Assembly (NCBI GenBank): GCA_032718475.1
Contig: JAUCBJ010007731.1
Location: 1 to 52,655 of the forward strand
Length of the DNA: 52,655 nt
Source of the DNA: Nemertoderma westbladi
Lineage: Eukaryota; Animalia; Xenacoelomorpha
Direction of reading: 5' to 3'
A program made the position numbers and the translations under genes. Numbering within the stretch: the first letter of the stretch is position 1; the number at the start of each line of letters is the position of its first letter. The notes beneath the pieces are model-generated. The model did not search any database, was not told the origin of the DNA, and saw only the letters and a list, made by a program, of their open reading frames with translations. Below are positions 23,401-32,542 of the stretch, one piece after another.

Positions 23401-23971
23401 AGATACTCCAGATTGGTTGGGTGGACCCGACTTCCTGAGCAAGGAAGAGGATGAATGGCCTCCTCACCCTACTACGGCAGAGATTAGACAAGCCAAGGGA
23501 GCGGAGACAGTCAAACCTAAAACCCGGGCGAGTAAATCGAAGTTATTTAAACCGACTATCGATCTATCTGTATTACATACTTCCGGGAATGATGCTTCGG
23601 ATCCACAATCCCTCAACACAAATAAGTCTGTTGTGGAAATTAGAGATAAAGATTGGAAATCTGGAATACCAGACGTCTCGCAAGGAATCTCACCCATGCT
23701 GCAGAGAGCAATGCATCATTACAGTTCCTGGAATCGGCTCTGTAAAGCCGTCACATATTTAAGACGATGTTTTCATCATCACTACTCCAGAACGAAGACC
23801 ACTAGTGATACCGCTCCATTGACATCTGCACAAGTTCATGTTATTAAAAATTTACCCAAATATAAGACATCTGACCATTTTATAAAGGAGAAAATTAGTC
23901 ACCAGGAGCATGAAGAAACCAATAGGCAGATACTGAGACTCCTGCAATGCTATGAAGATTCCGAAAAGTAA
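20438..23971 (+). CDS. pol: gag zinc knuckles + protease + reverse transcriptase + RNase H
   Basis: CALCDGTHRLSAC, CYNCLRPGHQRRTC, CAKCGAKHHILLH; LLDSGS; SDIEGMFLQV, YMDD; HVFGDAS, RAELKAA, WTDA, NPAD. Confidence 0.96.
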   Translation: MSNIKPNCALCDGTHRLSACAEFLKKSLVDRRAVVWDKRLCYNCLRPGHQRRTCYSDIKCAKCGAKHHILLHSEFERDKQSQVSEPELHVQFSDVNDTDQESEMEGFYTDEFSDANESCYLINTAVYRALTYEKDTNNEFPPTTFAKQPSWKAPTSNVGIREFPVVQVRVHGPNHSYIVNALLDSGSTGTFIDQELAEDIFAGQPKFRTKLNMSGIMQVWKSTLTADYYVGVLSTPQDKLGAQGIRSGKMVAIKNFATTQADLYNWDEDESIQHLKIPRFQTDYPGVQILIGQNAHEALETLEKRPAQPQPLQTYAVRTRVGWYFTGPSRRTLEERRPQERVYQVSDWSEESSEVDELTEETPYSSDNDDIYQLFDQENTIDLLTKNQTWKNQVNLCQLIRPSEPIAYNDELNDEIERCNARTRDELAVRFFTQELVEPNSYDKALSIEEERAKQIQETTTRFLKEQGRYEIGLPFGKREPRFVNNRPLAEKIIAQLHRRLTANTSAEEMYQTQLKKFITKGYAERVPEGTPVTERTYYLTHHYVPKPGKPHEVRVVFDGSALYMGQSLNSELLPGPNLLQSLLGILLRLRQYSIAFASDIEGMFLQVKVLDRDRDSLRFLWWPEGDLNQKPVEYWMTIQAFGIISSPSNACSVVRTTANDNRDSFSKEVIDNIKRNIYMDDNLRSLPSVEEAIDVAKGTVECLKRGGFRLTKFTSNSREFLEAIPVEDRGAKDLDLIKDDLPETKTLGLKWDTERDILFFQLKQRDNPVRTKRICLSILSTYFDPLGFISPVILIARSLVQQMWLENHSWDDPLKGELLKKWMKWEDSLPAIENFIISRTYFGHVLPTYSYQLHVFGDASDIGIGIVAYLRVETPDGIKVALVTSKALINNKLKVPRAELKAALYATAIGQNVTEQIDYPLEKTVYWTDALLVLEYLTNEVCQFSVFVTNRVAIILSRTKIDQWRHCPGTINPADIASRGATPQELIDTPDWLGGPDFLSKEEDEWPPHPTTAEIRQAKGAETVKPKTRASKSKLFKPTIDLSVLHTSGNDASDPQSLNTNKSVVEIRDKDWKSGIPDVSQGISPMLQRAMHHYSSWNRLCKAVTYLRRCFHHHYSRTKTTSDTAPLTSAQVHVIKNLPKYKTSDHFIKEKISHQEHEETNRQILRLLQCYEDSEK

Positions 23972-23977
23972 TTCCTA

Positions 23978-25357
23978 TTGTTGAGAAATCCGCAGATGCG
24001 CTTAAGGGATCGATTCTCGAGCACAATGATAGATGGGTTAATACGTGTTGGAGGAAGACTCACCAACGCGCCCTTATCCTTTGACACCAAATTCCCCATA
24101 CTTATTAGAAATCTTGAAGTACAAATCAAGATGATTGTAGATGTTCACAGTAAACTTTATCATGCTGGTAGAGAACGAATTCTTAGCGAAATTCGAACTC
24201 GCTATTATTTTGATAAACCCCGTAGAGCTCTGAACCAAGTTCTTAGGAACTGCATACCCTGTAGGAAAGCATTCAGTAGGCCTTTAACACAGCGAGAGGC
24301 AGAATTACCTAGGGAACGAGTAAGCTTCTATGAACCACCTTTTACTAATACTGGTGTAGATTTATTTGGCCCTATTGAAGTATATCGTGCGAGGACTATA
24401 GTCAAGAGATGGTGTGTCATCTTCGTGTGCATGACTTGTAGAGCCATCCATCTCGATATGGTGAACGATCTATCTACCAACAGCTTCGTCTTAAGTTTAC
24501 AACGACAGATCGCTCGCTTCGGGACGAGTAATACCATGAGATCGGATAAGGGAACGAACTTCATTGGTGCCAACAACGAAATACAGGCTTACGTGAAGGA
24601 CTGGAACCAACGACAGGTGGACGACCAGCTAAGGATAACAGCGTCTAGCTGGACCTTCAACGCCGCCGACGCCCCTTGGTGGGGAGGAAGTTGGGAGAGA
24701 TTAATTCGAAGTGTCAAAACCGCATTTCACTTTATAGTGCCATGCCGCGCGTATCTCACCGACGAACTTTTGCGGACGTTAATGGAGGAAATAGCTGCCT
24801 ATCTCAACGAGAGACCGCTTATGCCAGTCTCATCGAGTCCCGATTCCCTAGAAGCGTTAACACCCGCGCACTTCCTACTGAAGAAACCTGTAGCCATGCT
24901 CCCACGATCGGAGATTGCCGACGGAGACGAATACTGCCGTCGAACTTGGCAACTTATGCAGTTGCTATCCCATCGTTTCGCTGACCATTTCGAGAAACAT
25001 TATCTGCCCACGCTACAACTTCGAACTAAGTGGTTTGCGCAGCAAGAAAACGTCAGCGCCGGAGATATGGTGCTTATTGTAGATCCAGACCTCCCACGTA
25101 AACGGTGGCAGACAGGTCGTATCATCGAGACTCACATCTCGGATGATGGTTTAGTGCGCTCAGTAGAACTTGTCGTCATGCAGCGTAACTTCAAGAAGCC
25201 AGGCATAATCTTTGAGACGCAACAACTCAATCGCCCAGTTGGTCGTTTATGTTTACTGGAAAGAGACAGAGAACTCTCTGGAAACTATGGAAGGCAAGAC
25301 ACTCTTCCCACGACCACCTCCCTAATTCCTCAAACATCTAGGGACTCCCCAACGTGA
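23978..25357 (+). CDS. pol: Integrase (in frame with upstream pol after one TAA)
   Basis: HHCC (HSKLYH...CIPC) and DDE core GVDLFGP / SDKGTNF / WERLI. BEL-type C-terminus LQLRTKW...DGLVRSV. Confidence 0.96.
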   Translation: MLRNPQMRLRDRFSSTMIDGLIRVGGRLTNAPLSFDTKFPILIRNLEVQIKMIVDVHSKLYHAGRERILSEIRTRYYFDKPRRALNQVLRNCIPCRKAFSRPLTQREAELPRERVSFYEPPFTNTGVDLFGPIEVYRARTIVKRWCVIFVCMTCRAIHLDMVNDLSTNSFVLSLQRQIARFGTSNTMRSDKGTNFIGANNEIQAYVKDWNQRQVDDQLRITASSWTFNAADAPWWGGSWERLIRSVKTAFHFIVPCRAYLTDELLRTLMEEIAAYLNERPLMPVSSSPDSLEALTPAHFLLKKPVAMLPRSEIADGDEYCRRTWQLMQLLSHRFADHFEKHYLPTLQLRTKWFAQQENVSAGDMVLIVDPDLPRKRWQTGRIIETHISDDGLVRSVELVVMQRNFKKPGIIFETQQLNRPVGRLCLLERDRELSGNYGRQDTLPTTTSLIPQTSRDSPT

Positions 25358-26791
25358 TACGTCTGGAGTGGGTGTATGACTATATTGTTTTATCTATTTT
25401 ATTACATTTTTATATGCGAACTTTATTATGTACTTTATTATAATCGTTTTTATTCAATTTTATTTAGTAGAATGTTATTCTAGTGATTATTTAGTGGATT
25501 AGTGCGATATGTTAGTGTTTATTACGTACGTAATTACTTATAATATATATTTAGTGTGACGGCGAGAAAATAATCATTTTTCTCTTTCCTTACTGTCCGT
25601 ATCATATTGTAAATACATGACTACAGTAAGATGAAATGTCCGTACTTATTAAAGTACAATAAAGCCACTACTATATTCAAGTATTATTGGTAGGCAGAGT
25701 ATTAGGAATGCAAAGTTCAGATCCTCGTGTCTCAGCTAAACCAAGCTCTGGGTAGACCTTGGAAACGACTTGCCTCTTCACACTGACATTGCTTCGTGCG
25801 ATATTGCTCTTCTACCTTATATTAAATAATACATATAGTAGCGTGATGTCCCTCTAACAGTAGCGTAAAACGCAAATAAATCTGTTAAACCTTTTGACCA
25901 TCTGTAATTCTCGTCGATTAAGATATCGCGGCACCCACCGATATACTTGAAAGACAAATTCTAGAATCAGTGGTTAATGTCCCCAGACAAGTTCTGGAAT
26001 AAATCGGTGCCCATCTTAAATATTAATTTAATATTTAGTAAAATCTGTAAAATTCAGATCCGTTAACAATTCTAGTCGATTAAGATATCGTAGCACTTAC
26101 CGATACTCTTAAAAGACAAATTTCATAGAATTAAGGATCCTATGTCCCCAGACCTGCTCTGGAATCAAATTGTGTCAATTTTAACATCAAATAATAAAAT
26201 TCACGGGAATAAATTTAAATTCATATTTTAAATGAATTTCATAAATTGTCATTTTTGTACAATTTATAACATTCCCAAAATTCCATTAATTAATAGATCA
26301 TGGGAGCGGAGATTCATCCTATTTAGTGTATTAGAGTGCGAGAATCTCCAACATATAGTCAATAGCCGATAAAATTAATAAAATCATGCATAAAGAGGAT
26401 ATTGACAACTAAAGAATTATTATTAAATAGCATCCCAGATCTGTATGCATGAGAATTACCCTAATTCTACCGCTAGCATTCCATAATGTCACCATAGCAA
26501 CACCCACGCTAGAATTAGAAGCAAGTTAAAAGAACAATAGAAAGCTTGTCCCATTGCATAGCATAGAGAATATAGCACACTGCTAGTATCCAAGGATACA
26601 CAGTAATAACGTGACATTCTGGAAGGCACTGACTAATGGACAAATGGCCTGTATGTGTGCAGTTGGTGACAGTTGTGTGGAATTTGTGCGTTTATAGGTG
26701 AATGTTACTGCTAAAGTATGTTTACAGTAGCTAGTCGCAATTGTAAAAGTAGCCCAACTCTCCTATAGAAAGAACCTAAGTGGATCCAAGC

Positions 26792-26942
26792 CTTTGGGAC
26801 GGACAGTGGAGTGACTTGTGCCGGTTATCGTTGTCGTGCTGTTGCTACATGTTGGCGTAAACACCGCGACGACGGTACATCGGCGCTGAGAATCCCACTG
26901 TCCGGGGGCAAAGAGAAGTAGGCAGCGACGCCCGCTCGCCTA
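26792..26942 (+). promoter_or_regulatory. Structured RNA leader upstream of ORF3 (long stem-loop + short hairpin); sister copy at 2484-2637
   Basis: GGACAGTGG (26801-09) pairs with CCACTGTCC (26895-903). Inner TATCGTTGTCGTG pairs with CGCGACGACGGTA. Substitutions between copies A and B preserve pairing. Confidence 0.65.
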
Positions 26943-26983
26943 AATATAAACTTATTTGATATTAATAAACTCAGATAGCAGAG

Positions 26984-29002
26984 ATGACGGAGTTGATAGA
27001 AGATGATCTTGGTATTAGGGAGCGATATACTCTACCTTTACAAGCATTTGTGGATAGCTTAATACGCGGTGAAGCCGATCCAACCATTATGGAGGACGAT
27101 GGTCGTTATATCGAACCGCCGATGTCCCAAGAGCAACTCGCGCGTGAATTGGACTATCGAAAATTCACCACTCGTTATACGAATCGTAATGGTACGTATA
27201 TGGACTTCTTAACGACCGGCCATCCTATCGATTTACAGGATACGGACGATGTAGATACAGAGAGGGAAATGGTTCTATTTAAATATCATACCCAGCGGAG
27301 TCGTAACGATAAACCGAGAATAGATCACGAAAATTCTATTCGTAATAGACTGGAAAGAGAAAACATCGAAGAACCGGATAAACATATCGACTTCAACGAA
27401 TACCTAGAATTTTTGAGAGAAACCTATCTCAACATCGCTAGTCAGCAGAACTTAGAGACTCGATATCCTCAAGGTATACACCACAACCCTGTGGCAGAAC
27501 TCAAACGGCTCTATTTCACTATGATGTATCTTACCGCCGATCGTCCCCTACCTGTTATCCCGGATAGTTTTGAACAAATGGAAGAATATTGCAAAACTGG
27601 AGAACGTTCACCCGCGTTTCCTCTACAGGATGTACGTCTTTGGTATTATTGTGACGAATGCCCTAGACCCAACCAACAAACTGAAAGACACAAACATCCG
27701 CGGAGACGTTGCGCTAAACATAGTTTTACGCGTTACACTTACGGGAGTTTCGAGCGAAACCTGTTCGACATACCACCCACGATCGCTCGTCTTAAACGAT
27801 CACTGAATAAACCCATGATCAGAGTTCCGGAATACTCGGTCAGGCCTCCTCATTCCCTAGTGAGACCTCAAACTCTTGATCCTAACAGTATCACTGATCC
27901 TCCCGAACTATATTCCTTGTTCAAAGACTTAGTGTTACCCGAACAATTAATCGGTGGTGCTCCGGTAGTGGGTTCGTTAGACATCCGCCCATCCTACTTA
28001 GCCGGATTGGGACGCGGGCAGCTAATATCGCCCTTTGATCCTTACAATCGTCCAGGATTAAACCCGATGCAACCCGCCACGGAAGTCGAGGAGAGCGTTA
28101 TAAGAAACGCTTTAGACGCCATTCGACAGAAAATCGGAAAGGGAACACAAGATTGTTTAGAGAAACGTAAACTACAGCAACAAGTACAATCGGTGAAGGA
28201 GTTAGCCTTGCCACAGTTCGATAGAGAAATCCAAAACCTCGAGGAAGACATCGAGCTTGGACGCACGTATTCTCTACAAGAATTTTTAGATGAATGCTTA
28301 CAGAGACAAGCGGAAGAAATTCTACTCGAGGAGAAACACACGAAACTGGAAGAGAGAGAAGAAGCCGCTTTAGCCCAACCGGAAGCTCAAATCCTCATGA
28401 CGGACCTCTACTCTAAAACCGTTCGTCATCCCTCGATGATTCCACATTTCGGGGACAAGCTCTTCGCGACGATACAACCTCAACCGGTTGATATCAGTAC
28501 AGGATCGCAAAATCTTATCGCTGACGCCCCTATGTTACAGCGTCCGCCGATCGAGGCCGCTCGTGTTGACGGTATACTCGTTGAACCTCCGGACAATCGA
28601 GCGGATCTTGTCCGTCGTATGGTACACGATGTCAACATACGCGCTAGACCCTTACAGAACTCGTTTTATGGGATCAAAGACCACCCTTATTACGTTAATC
28701 TGACTCAATATTATATGGTAAAACCAGAAGACCCGACACATAATTTAAAGTTTCTACCACTGATAAATCCTCTAGACATTGTCGAACTCGAACAATTGCA
28801 GAAACATCTGGATCAGTTAGTAAAGGTAAACTCATTTAGAAAACCATATAACATTTCTCGAATCGAGAAAGATATAGAACCTCCTTATAATCTCGATGGA
28901 TTTATTAAAACTCGATTAGTCCATTGGAATCTAGATGTATTATTTGAAGAGGAGAAAATACAAAGATATAAAATGTGGAGACGTATACCACTCGGCATAT
29001 GA
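26984..29002 (+). CDS. Accessory ORF3a, 672-aa unknown protein (CxxC...CxxH motif, coiled coil)
   Basis: Long ORF between pol and the 3' LTR; N-terminus conserved in copy A. No signal peptide, furin site or TM helix seen, so it is not env-like. Confidence 0.85.
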   Translation: MTELIEDDLGIRERYTLPLQAFVDSLIRGEADPTIMEDDGRYIEPPMSQEQLARELDYRKFTTRYTNRNGTYMDFLTTGHPIDLQDTDDVDTEREMVLFKYHTQRSRNDKPRIDHENSIRNRLERENIEEPDKHIDFNEYLEFLRETYLNIASQQNLETRYPQGIHHNPVAELKRLYFTMMYLTADRPLPVIPDSFEQMEEYCKTGERSPAFPLQDVRLWYYCDECPRPNQQTERHKHPRRRCAKHSFTRYTYGSFERNLFDIPPTIARLKRSLNKPMIRVPEYSVRPPHSLVRPQTLDPNSITDPPELYSLFKDLVLPEQLIGGAPVVGSLDIRPSYLAGLGRGQLISPFDPYNRPGLNPMQPATEVEESVIRNALDAIRQKIGKGTQDCLEKRKLQQQVQSVKELALPQFDREIQNLEEDIELGRTYSLQEFLDECLQRQAEEILLEEKHTKLEEREEAALAQPEAQILMTDLYSKTVRHPSMIPHFGDKLFATIQPQPVDISTGSQNLIADAPMLQRPPIEAARVDGILVEPPDNRADLVRRMVHDVNIRARPLQNSFYGIKDHPYYVNLTQYYMVKPEDPTHNLKFLPLINPLDIVELEQLQKHLDQLVKVNSFRKPYNISRIEKDIEPPYNLDGFIKTRLVHWNLDVLFEEEKIQRYKMWRRIPLGI

Positions 29003-30462
29003 AGTATAGTGATCTCCCCAACGCTAACCAATGCGCCACCTTGTGGCATCCAGTAGGGATGACCCTAGAGAACGCCACCAAGGAGTGGAATGAAACTCTT
29101 AATGTTATTGAGATGTATGGAGTTGTCACCTACGATAATGAAGGTAGCGTTCCGGTCGGAGAACTAGGAACTACGCGCATGATCCACATACGCGGATTAG
29201 CGGGTTCTACCCACGTGTTTACTCGAGCGTGTTCCGACGTGATTGATTATTCTTTTGAAACTCTCACCGAAACACAAAAGAATCTCCGACATGGACAATT
29301 CGAACTCGCGCAGCGTTACGTCATTGACACCGAATGCAAACCGGCCATGGGCATCGATGGATCGATGTTACCCCAACCCGTACTCGAGATGTTATTCAAC
29401 GAAAGCATCCTTAAAATCGGCTCAGCTGTTTATGGAGATCTCCAAAACGACTTTCGGAATATGGAGAACATTCCATACCCTTTCGTTGATACTCAGCTGA
29501 TTGCTCCCTGGGCAGAAGGTCGAGGTTTCTTCCGCACTATGTATGCTAATACGCCTAGCAACATTACAAAGGTGCAACGAACTTCCATCGGACATCTTGC
29601 CTTTCAGGAATACGGATGGAATTTCAAAGTCGGAAATCCCATTAACTATCAACAAGTATACGGAGATCATTATTCTCGCTTGTACTTTGATGGACCATTA
29701 ACCGCACCTGGCGCCGTGTATAGCTTCATGAGTGTTCCACTCCGTCCCTCCTTAGCTACATACACGATCTTTGAAAATACCGCACTTGCCGGTTGGCTAG
29801 CCGATGTGTGCAGTCGTACTATACGCGCCCATCCATTAATACTTGGGACCAAACTCGCTAAGCTAGATGAACATAATAAATTCATCCGTTTCGAATGTTT
29901 CCGGCGATTTTTAACCCCGTTCCGCAACGTGGATAGCCAATTTAAAGACCGCGCTTTGACCAAGCTCAGCCTAAGAAACTCAGCTGCAGAGAAGTTGGAT
30001 AGCGCTGGATTCGCCGTTTTCCAAGAGATTTGTATATCGAACTTGCACTCCTCTGTTATACAAAGACCTCGAATCCCCACAGGTTATTCTGTCGTTGAAA
30101 TTCAGACAATAGGTCCACCTGAAGAGACAGACGCGCCCACTTCAGCTATGCACTTGGAAGACGAACCAATATGTCTAGAATCTGAAGAGATTCAGCCTAT
30201 CGCGCCCCGGAACAGCGACAACGATTACATCATAGAATGGTATCAAGGTCCACAGTGTCTCACTGCGTACGATTATCGACATGCCAACTATGTTTCTAGG
30301 CAACGTTGTCGGTTATGCGCATCGAGAGACCACGATACGCCCATGGACACCAACGTCCGCTGTTCCTATTTCCAAGAACATTTTTGCGGTTTGCCCTCAA
30401 TTTATGACTCAATGGCACCATTGTCAACTAAAGGGATGCGCCAGTTTCGATTGCCCTTTTAA
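28975..30462 (+). CDS. Accessory ORF3b: DEDDy 3'-5' exonuclease-like domain (WRN/EXD/Mut-7/RNase D type) + first zinc finger
   Basis: ExoI GVVTYDNEG; LPQPVLEMLFNESILKIGSAVYGD (ExoII); FVDTQLIA; SIGHLAFQEYGWNFK; ExoIII-like PLRPSLATYTIFE. Confidence 0.72.
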   Translation: METYTTRHMKYSDLPNANQCATLWHPVGMTLENATKEWNETLNVIEMYGVVTYDNEGSVPVGELGTTRMIHIRGLAGSTHVFTRACSDVIDYSFETLTETQKNLRHGQFELAQRYVIDTECKPAMGIDGSMLPQPVLEMLFNESILKIGSAVYGDLQNDFRNMENIPYPFVDTQLIAPWAEGRGFFRTMYANTPSNITKVQRTSIGHLAFQEYGWNFKVGNPINYQQVYGDHYSRLYFDGPLTAPGAVYSFMSVPLRPSLATYTIFENTALAGWLADVCSRTIRAHPLILGTKLAKLDEHNKFIRFECFRRFLTPFRNVDSQFKDRALTKLSLRNSAAEKLDSAGFAVFQEICISNLHSSVIQRPRIPTGYSVVEIQTIGPPEETDAPTSAMHLEDEPICLESEEIQPIAPRNSDNDYIIEWYQGPQCLTAYDYRHANYVSRQRCRLCASRDHDTPMDTNVRCSYFQEHFCGLPSIYDSMAPLSTKGMRQFRLPF

Positions 30463-31186
30463 TCACGATTTGGAAAGCGTAGATGAAATGATCACACTAC
30501 GTTACATCAGAGCTTGGGAAGCGAACGCTGATTTACATTGTGATTCGCGCCATCGCTATTATCCTGGACGCGCTTACGAAGGAGTTTATGCGTTCCATCC
30601 TTATCTATTCGCTTCGGTCGAACAGAAATCACGCATATCGAGTTACGAGCTACTGAAGCGCGTCGGAGAATGTATTTCAACCAAATTCGTACGCAAATTT
30701 CTCAGGAGTGTTAATCCTAGCGACCTTCATTCCTATAACTTAATCAATTATATCCGTCAGGATCCGGACTATGGAGACTTATTTGTTAACTCACACCCCG
30801 AGTTACAGGAAGTATATCGACGGCCTTACGAATACCGAGCCCGCGAACGCGAGTTGGAAAGAACCATTAAACCCCGGAGGTTTCTGACTGCCTATGGTCC
30901 ACCCACGGCTCTCGTTCAGACCACTCGTAAAGGACCCGTAAGAGCGGCTGTCTTAAAACGCGCTCTCAAAGCCGTTAGACCCCTCTCCCCCGACGTTGAT
31001 GTCAATCAACCCGGTACTTCTACTGGCGGATACACCGACCATAATCCTATACCCTCTGATGCAATCATATTGCACCCTTCACCCAGGAGCTATAGCCCTC
31101 CTTGTAAAGTGGCTCGCCCCAAAGAGAAAAGGACTCTGGCTAGCTTTAAAAAACTGCGTAAACGCCGTCCGCACAAGAAAGACTAA
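30281..31186 (+). CDS. Accessory ORF3c: zinc-knuckle/basic C-terminus, originally continuous with ORF3b
   Basis: A 50-nt deletion at ~30380 relative to copy A (~3274-3323) shifts the frame; copy A reads straight through. Confidence 0.8.
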   Translation: MPTMFLGNVVGYAHRETTIRPWTPTSAVPISKNIFAVCPQFMTQWHHCQLKGCASFDCPFNHDLESVDEMITLRYIRAWEANADLHCDSRHRYYPGRAYEGVYAFHPYLFASVEQKSRISSYELLKRVGECISTKFVRKFLRSVNPSDLHSYNLINYIRQDPDYGDLFVNSHPELQEVYRRPYEYRARERELERTIKPRRFLTAYGPPTALVQTTRKGPVRAAVLKRALKAVRPLSPDVDVNQPGTSTGGYTDHNPIPSDAIILHPSPRSYSPPCKVARPKEKRTLASFKKLRKRRPHKKD

Positions 31187-31255
31187 CTGTTTAGAGTATT
31201 TACGTATATTAGAAACTGTGATTTTGTATATTTTATAGACTCAAATCCCATTTTC

Positions 31256-31264
31256 TGGGAGCGG
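31256..31264 (+). promoter_or_regulatory. Short polypurine tract before the 3' LTR
   Basis: TGGGAGCGG directly abuts the LTR TG in both copies (also 4199-4207). Confidence 0.6.
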
Positions 31265-32542
31265 TGTAAAAGCTTCTGTGGGATATAACTGGCCCCTTTG
31301 CTTCGCAATCCAGTTTCCCCCCAGGCGCTGGAATACTCTAAAAGGTTCTCTAACTGTACATATATTCCCCTCGCCCGCAAGGTACCGTTACAGGTGTTTT
31401 AACGGACATAAAAGTCATTCGTCTATATACCTGCTTTGGCGGACATGGTAAGGCAAAAAACCCTCAATGCACCAAATACCTTTACACAGCTTGGCCTTGA
31501 TGATTCAGATTGCGACATCTAGCAGCTGGTTGCTGGCATGGAAACAGCCATTGGACGCACGGTTCTTTGTTTGGTTTGAGCCAATCAGAGCGATTTTTTC
31601 TGTCGACGTGTAGATATTCGGCCGATGATACTAGGAGTGTTCTGTCTTACTGTTTTTTCTTGATATACTTTGTTGTTGCTATCTAGGCCAGGAACACCGG
31701 CTCTAGAGTCAATTCGTTTTCATACTTTAGAAGAAACATTAGTAGGCTTAAATTATAGAGCGTATAACTGTTATCAGTTCAATCCAGTCCATATCATATA
31801 TCACATATCATACTGTTGTTCATATCATATCTTAACCTACCGTCTTAATGCTTTTACTGTTGTCATATTTTGTATTAGTTGGTTGAATATTATTTGGAGA
31901 ACATTTATAAAGAACCCAAATTTCCCAATTCTCTTGATACACTACAGGTTAGAGAGATGGGTTATATATAGCGATTGCGACTTATATTATTGTGGTTTGT
32001 AGTGAATTTAATGCTATTTGATAAGCACTACATGGGTCCGTTGCTGTTCTCTTTATATATGATAAAATTCATTGACGGTCGGCAAATTAGTGAGCAGTAT
32101 TGTGTGTTACCGGTAGTGTGCATGATTGTGACTGATAACTAAGCATTTCCTAAAGAATGCGCCTCATACGTGAATCATAAGCCTTACCGACTTACCGTTG
32201 TGATTAGTATAAGTCATATCTCTGTTTACTTAGATAGAGCGCCACGTCCTAAAGGAACTGTTAATATTTCCCGAAAGTGAATAATATTAGTCAGAAATTA
32301 TTTATTAACGATCAATCGAATAATACAATACAGTAAGCTTACACTGCAATAATAATCTAAGCCCTCAGAATCCAGTCTCCCGGGTATATCCAGCGGGTGA
32401 ATGGATGCGCACTAGGCTGGCTTCTGCTAATGTTGTGTTTATTGGTATTAAATATTTGTCATCTTCTAAAGTCTATTTATAAACCAAAAGACATATAAAT
32501 TTTGGCAGGTTAAACTGCTAAAGGTCTTCAAAAGCGCGTACA
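31265..32542 (+). repeat. 3' LTR of copy B (1278 bp)
   Basis: Near-identical to 6293-7570 and followed by the TSD AAGTT. Confidence 0.97.

Larger units (their letters stand above)
6293..32542 (+). mobile_element. Full-length BEL/Pao LTR retrotransposon (copy B) with an extra 3' ORF module and a nested LINE
   Basis: Two 1278-bp LTRs and a 5-bp TSD. Domain order gag-3xCCHC-PR-RT-RH-IN with BEL-type motifs (VRVVFDGS, YMDD, HVFGDAS, NPADIASRG, GVDLFGP). Confidence 0.97.

Noticed and set aside
26984-29002. ORF3 as a retroviral-type envelope gene
   Set aside because: No signal peptide, furin cleavage site, Cys-rich ectodomain or C-terminal TM anchor is visible.
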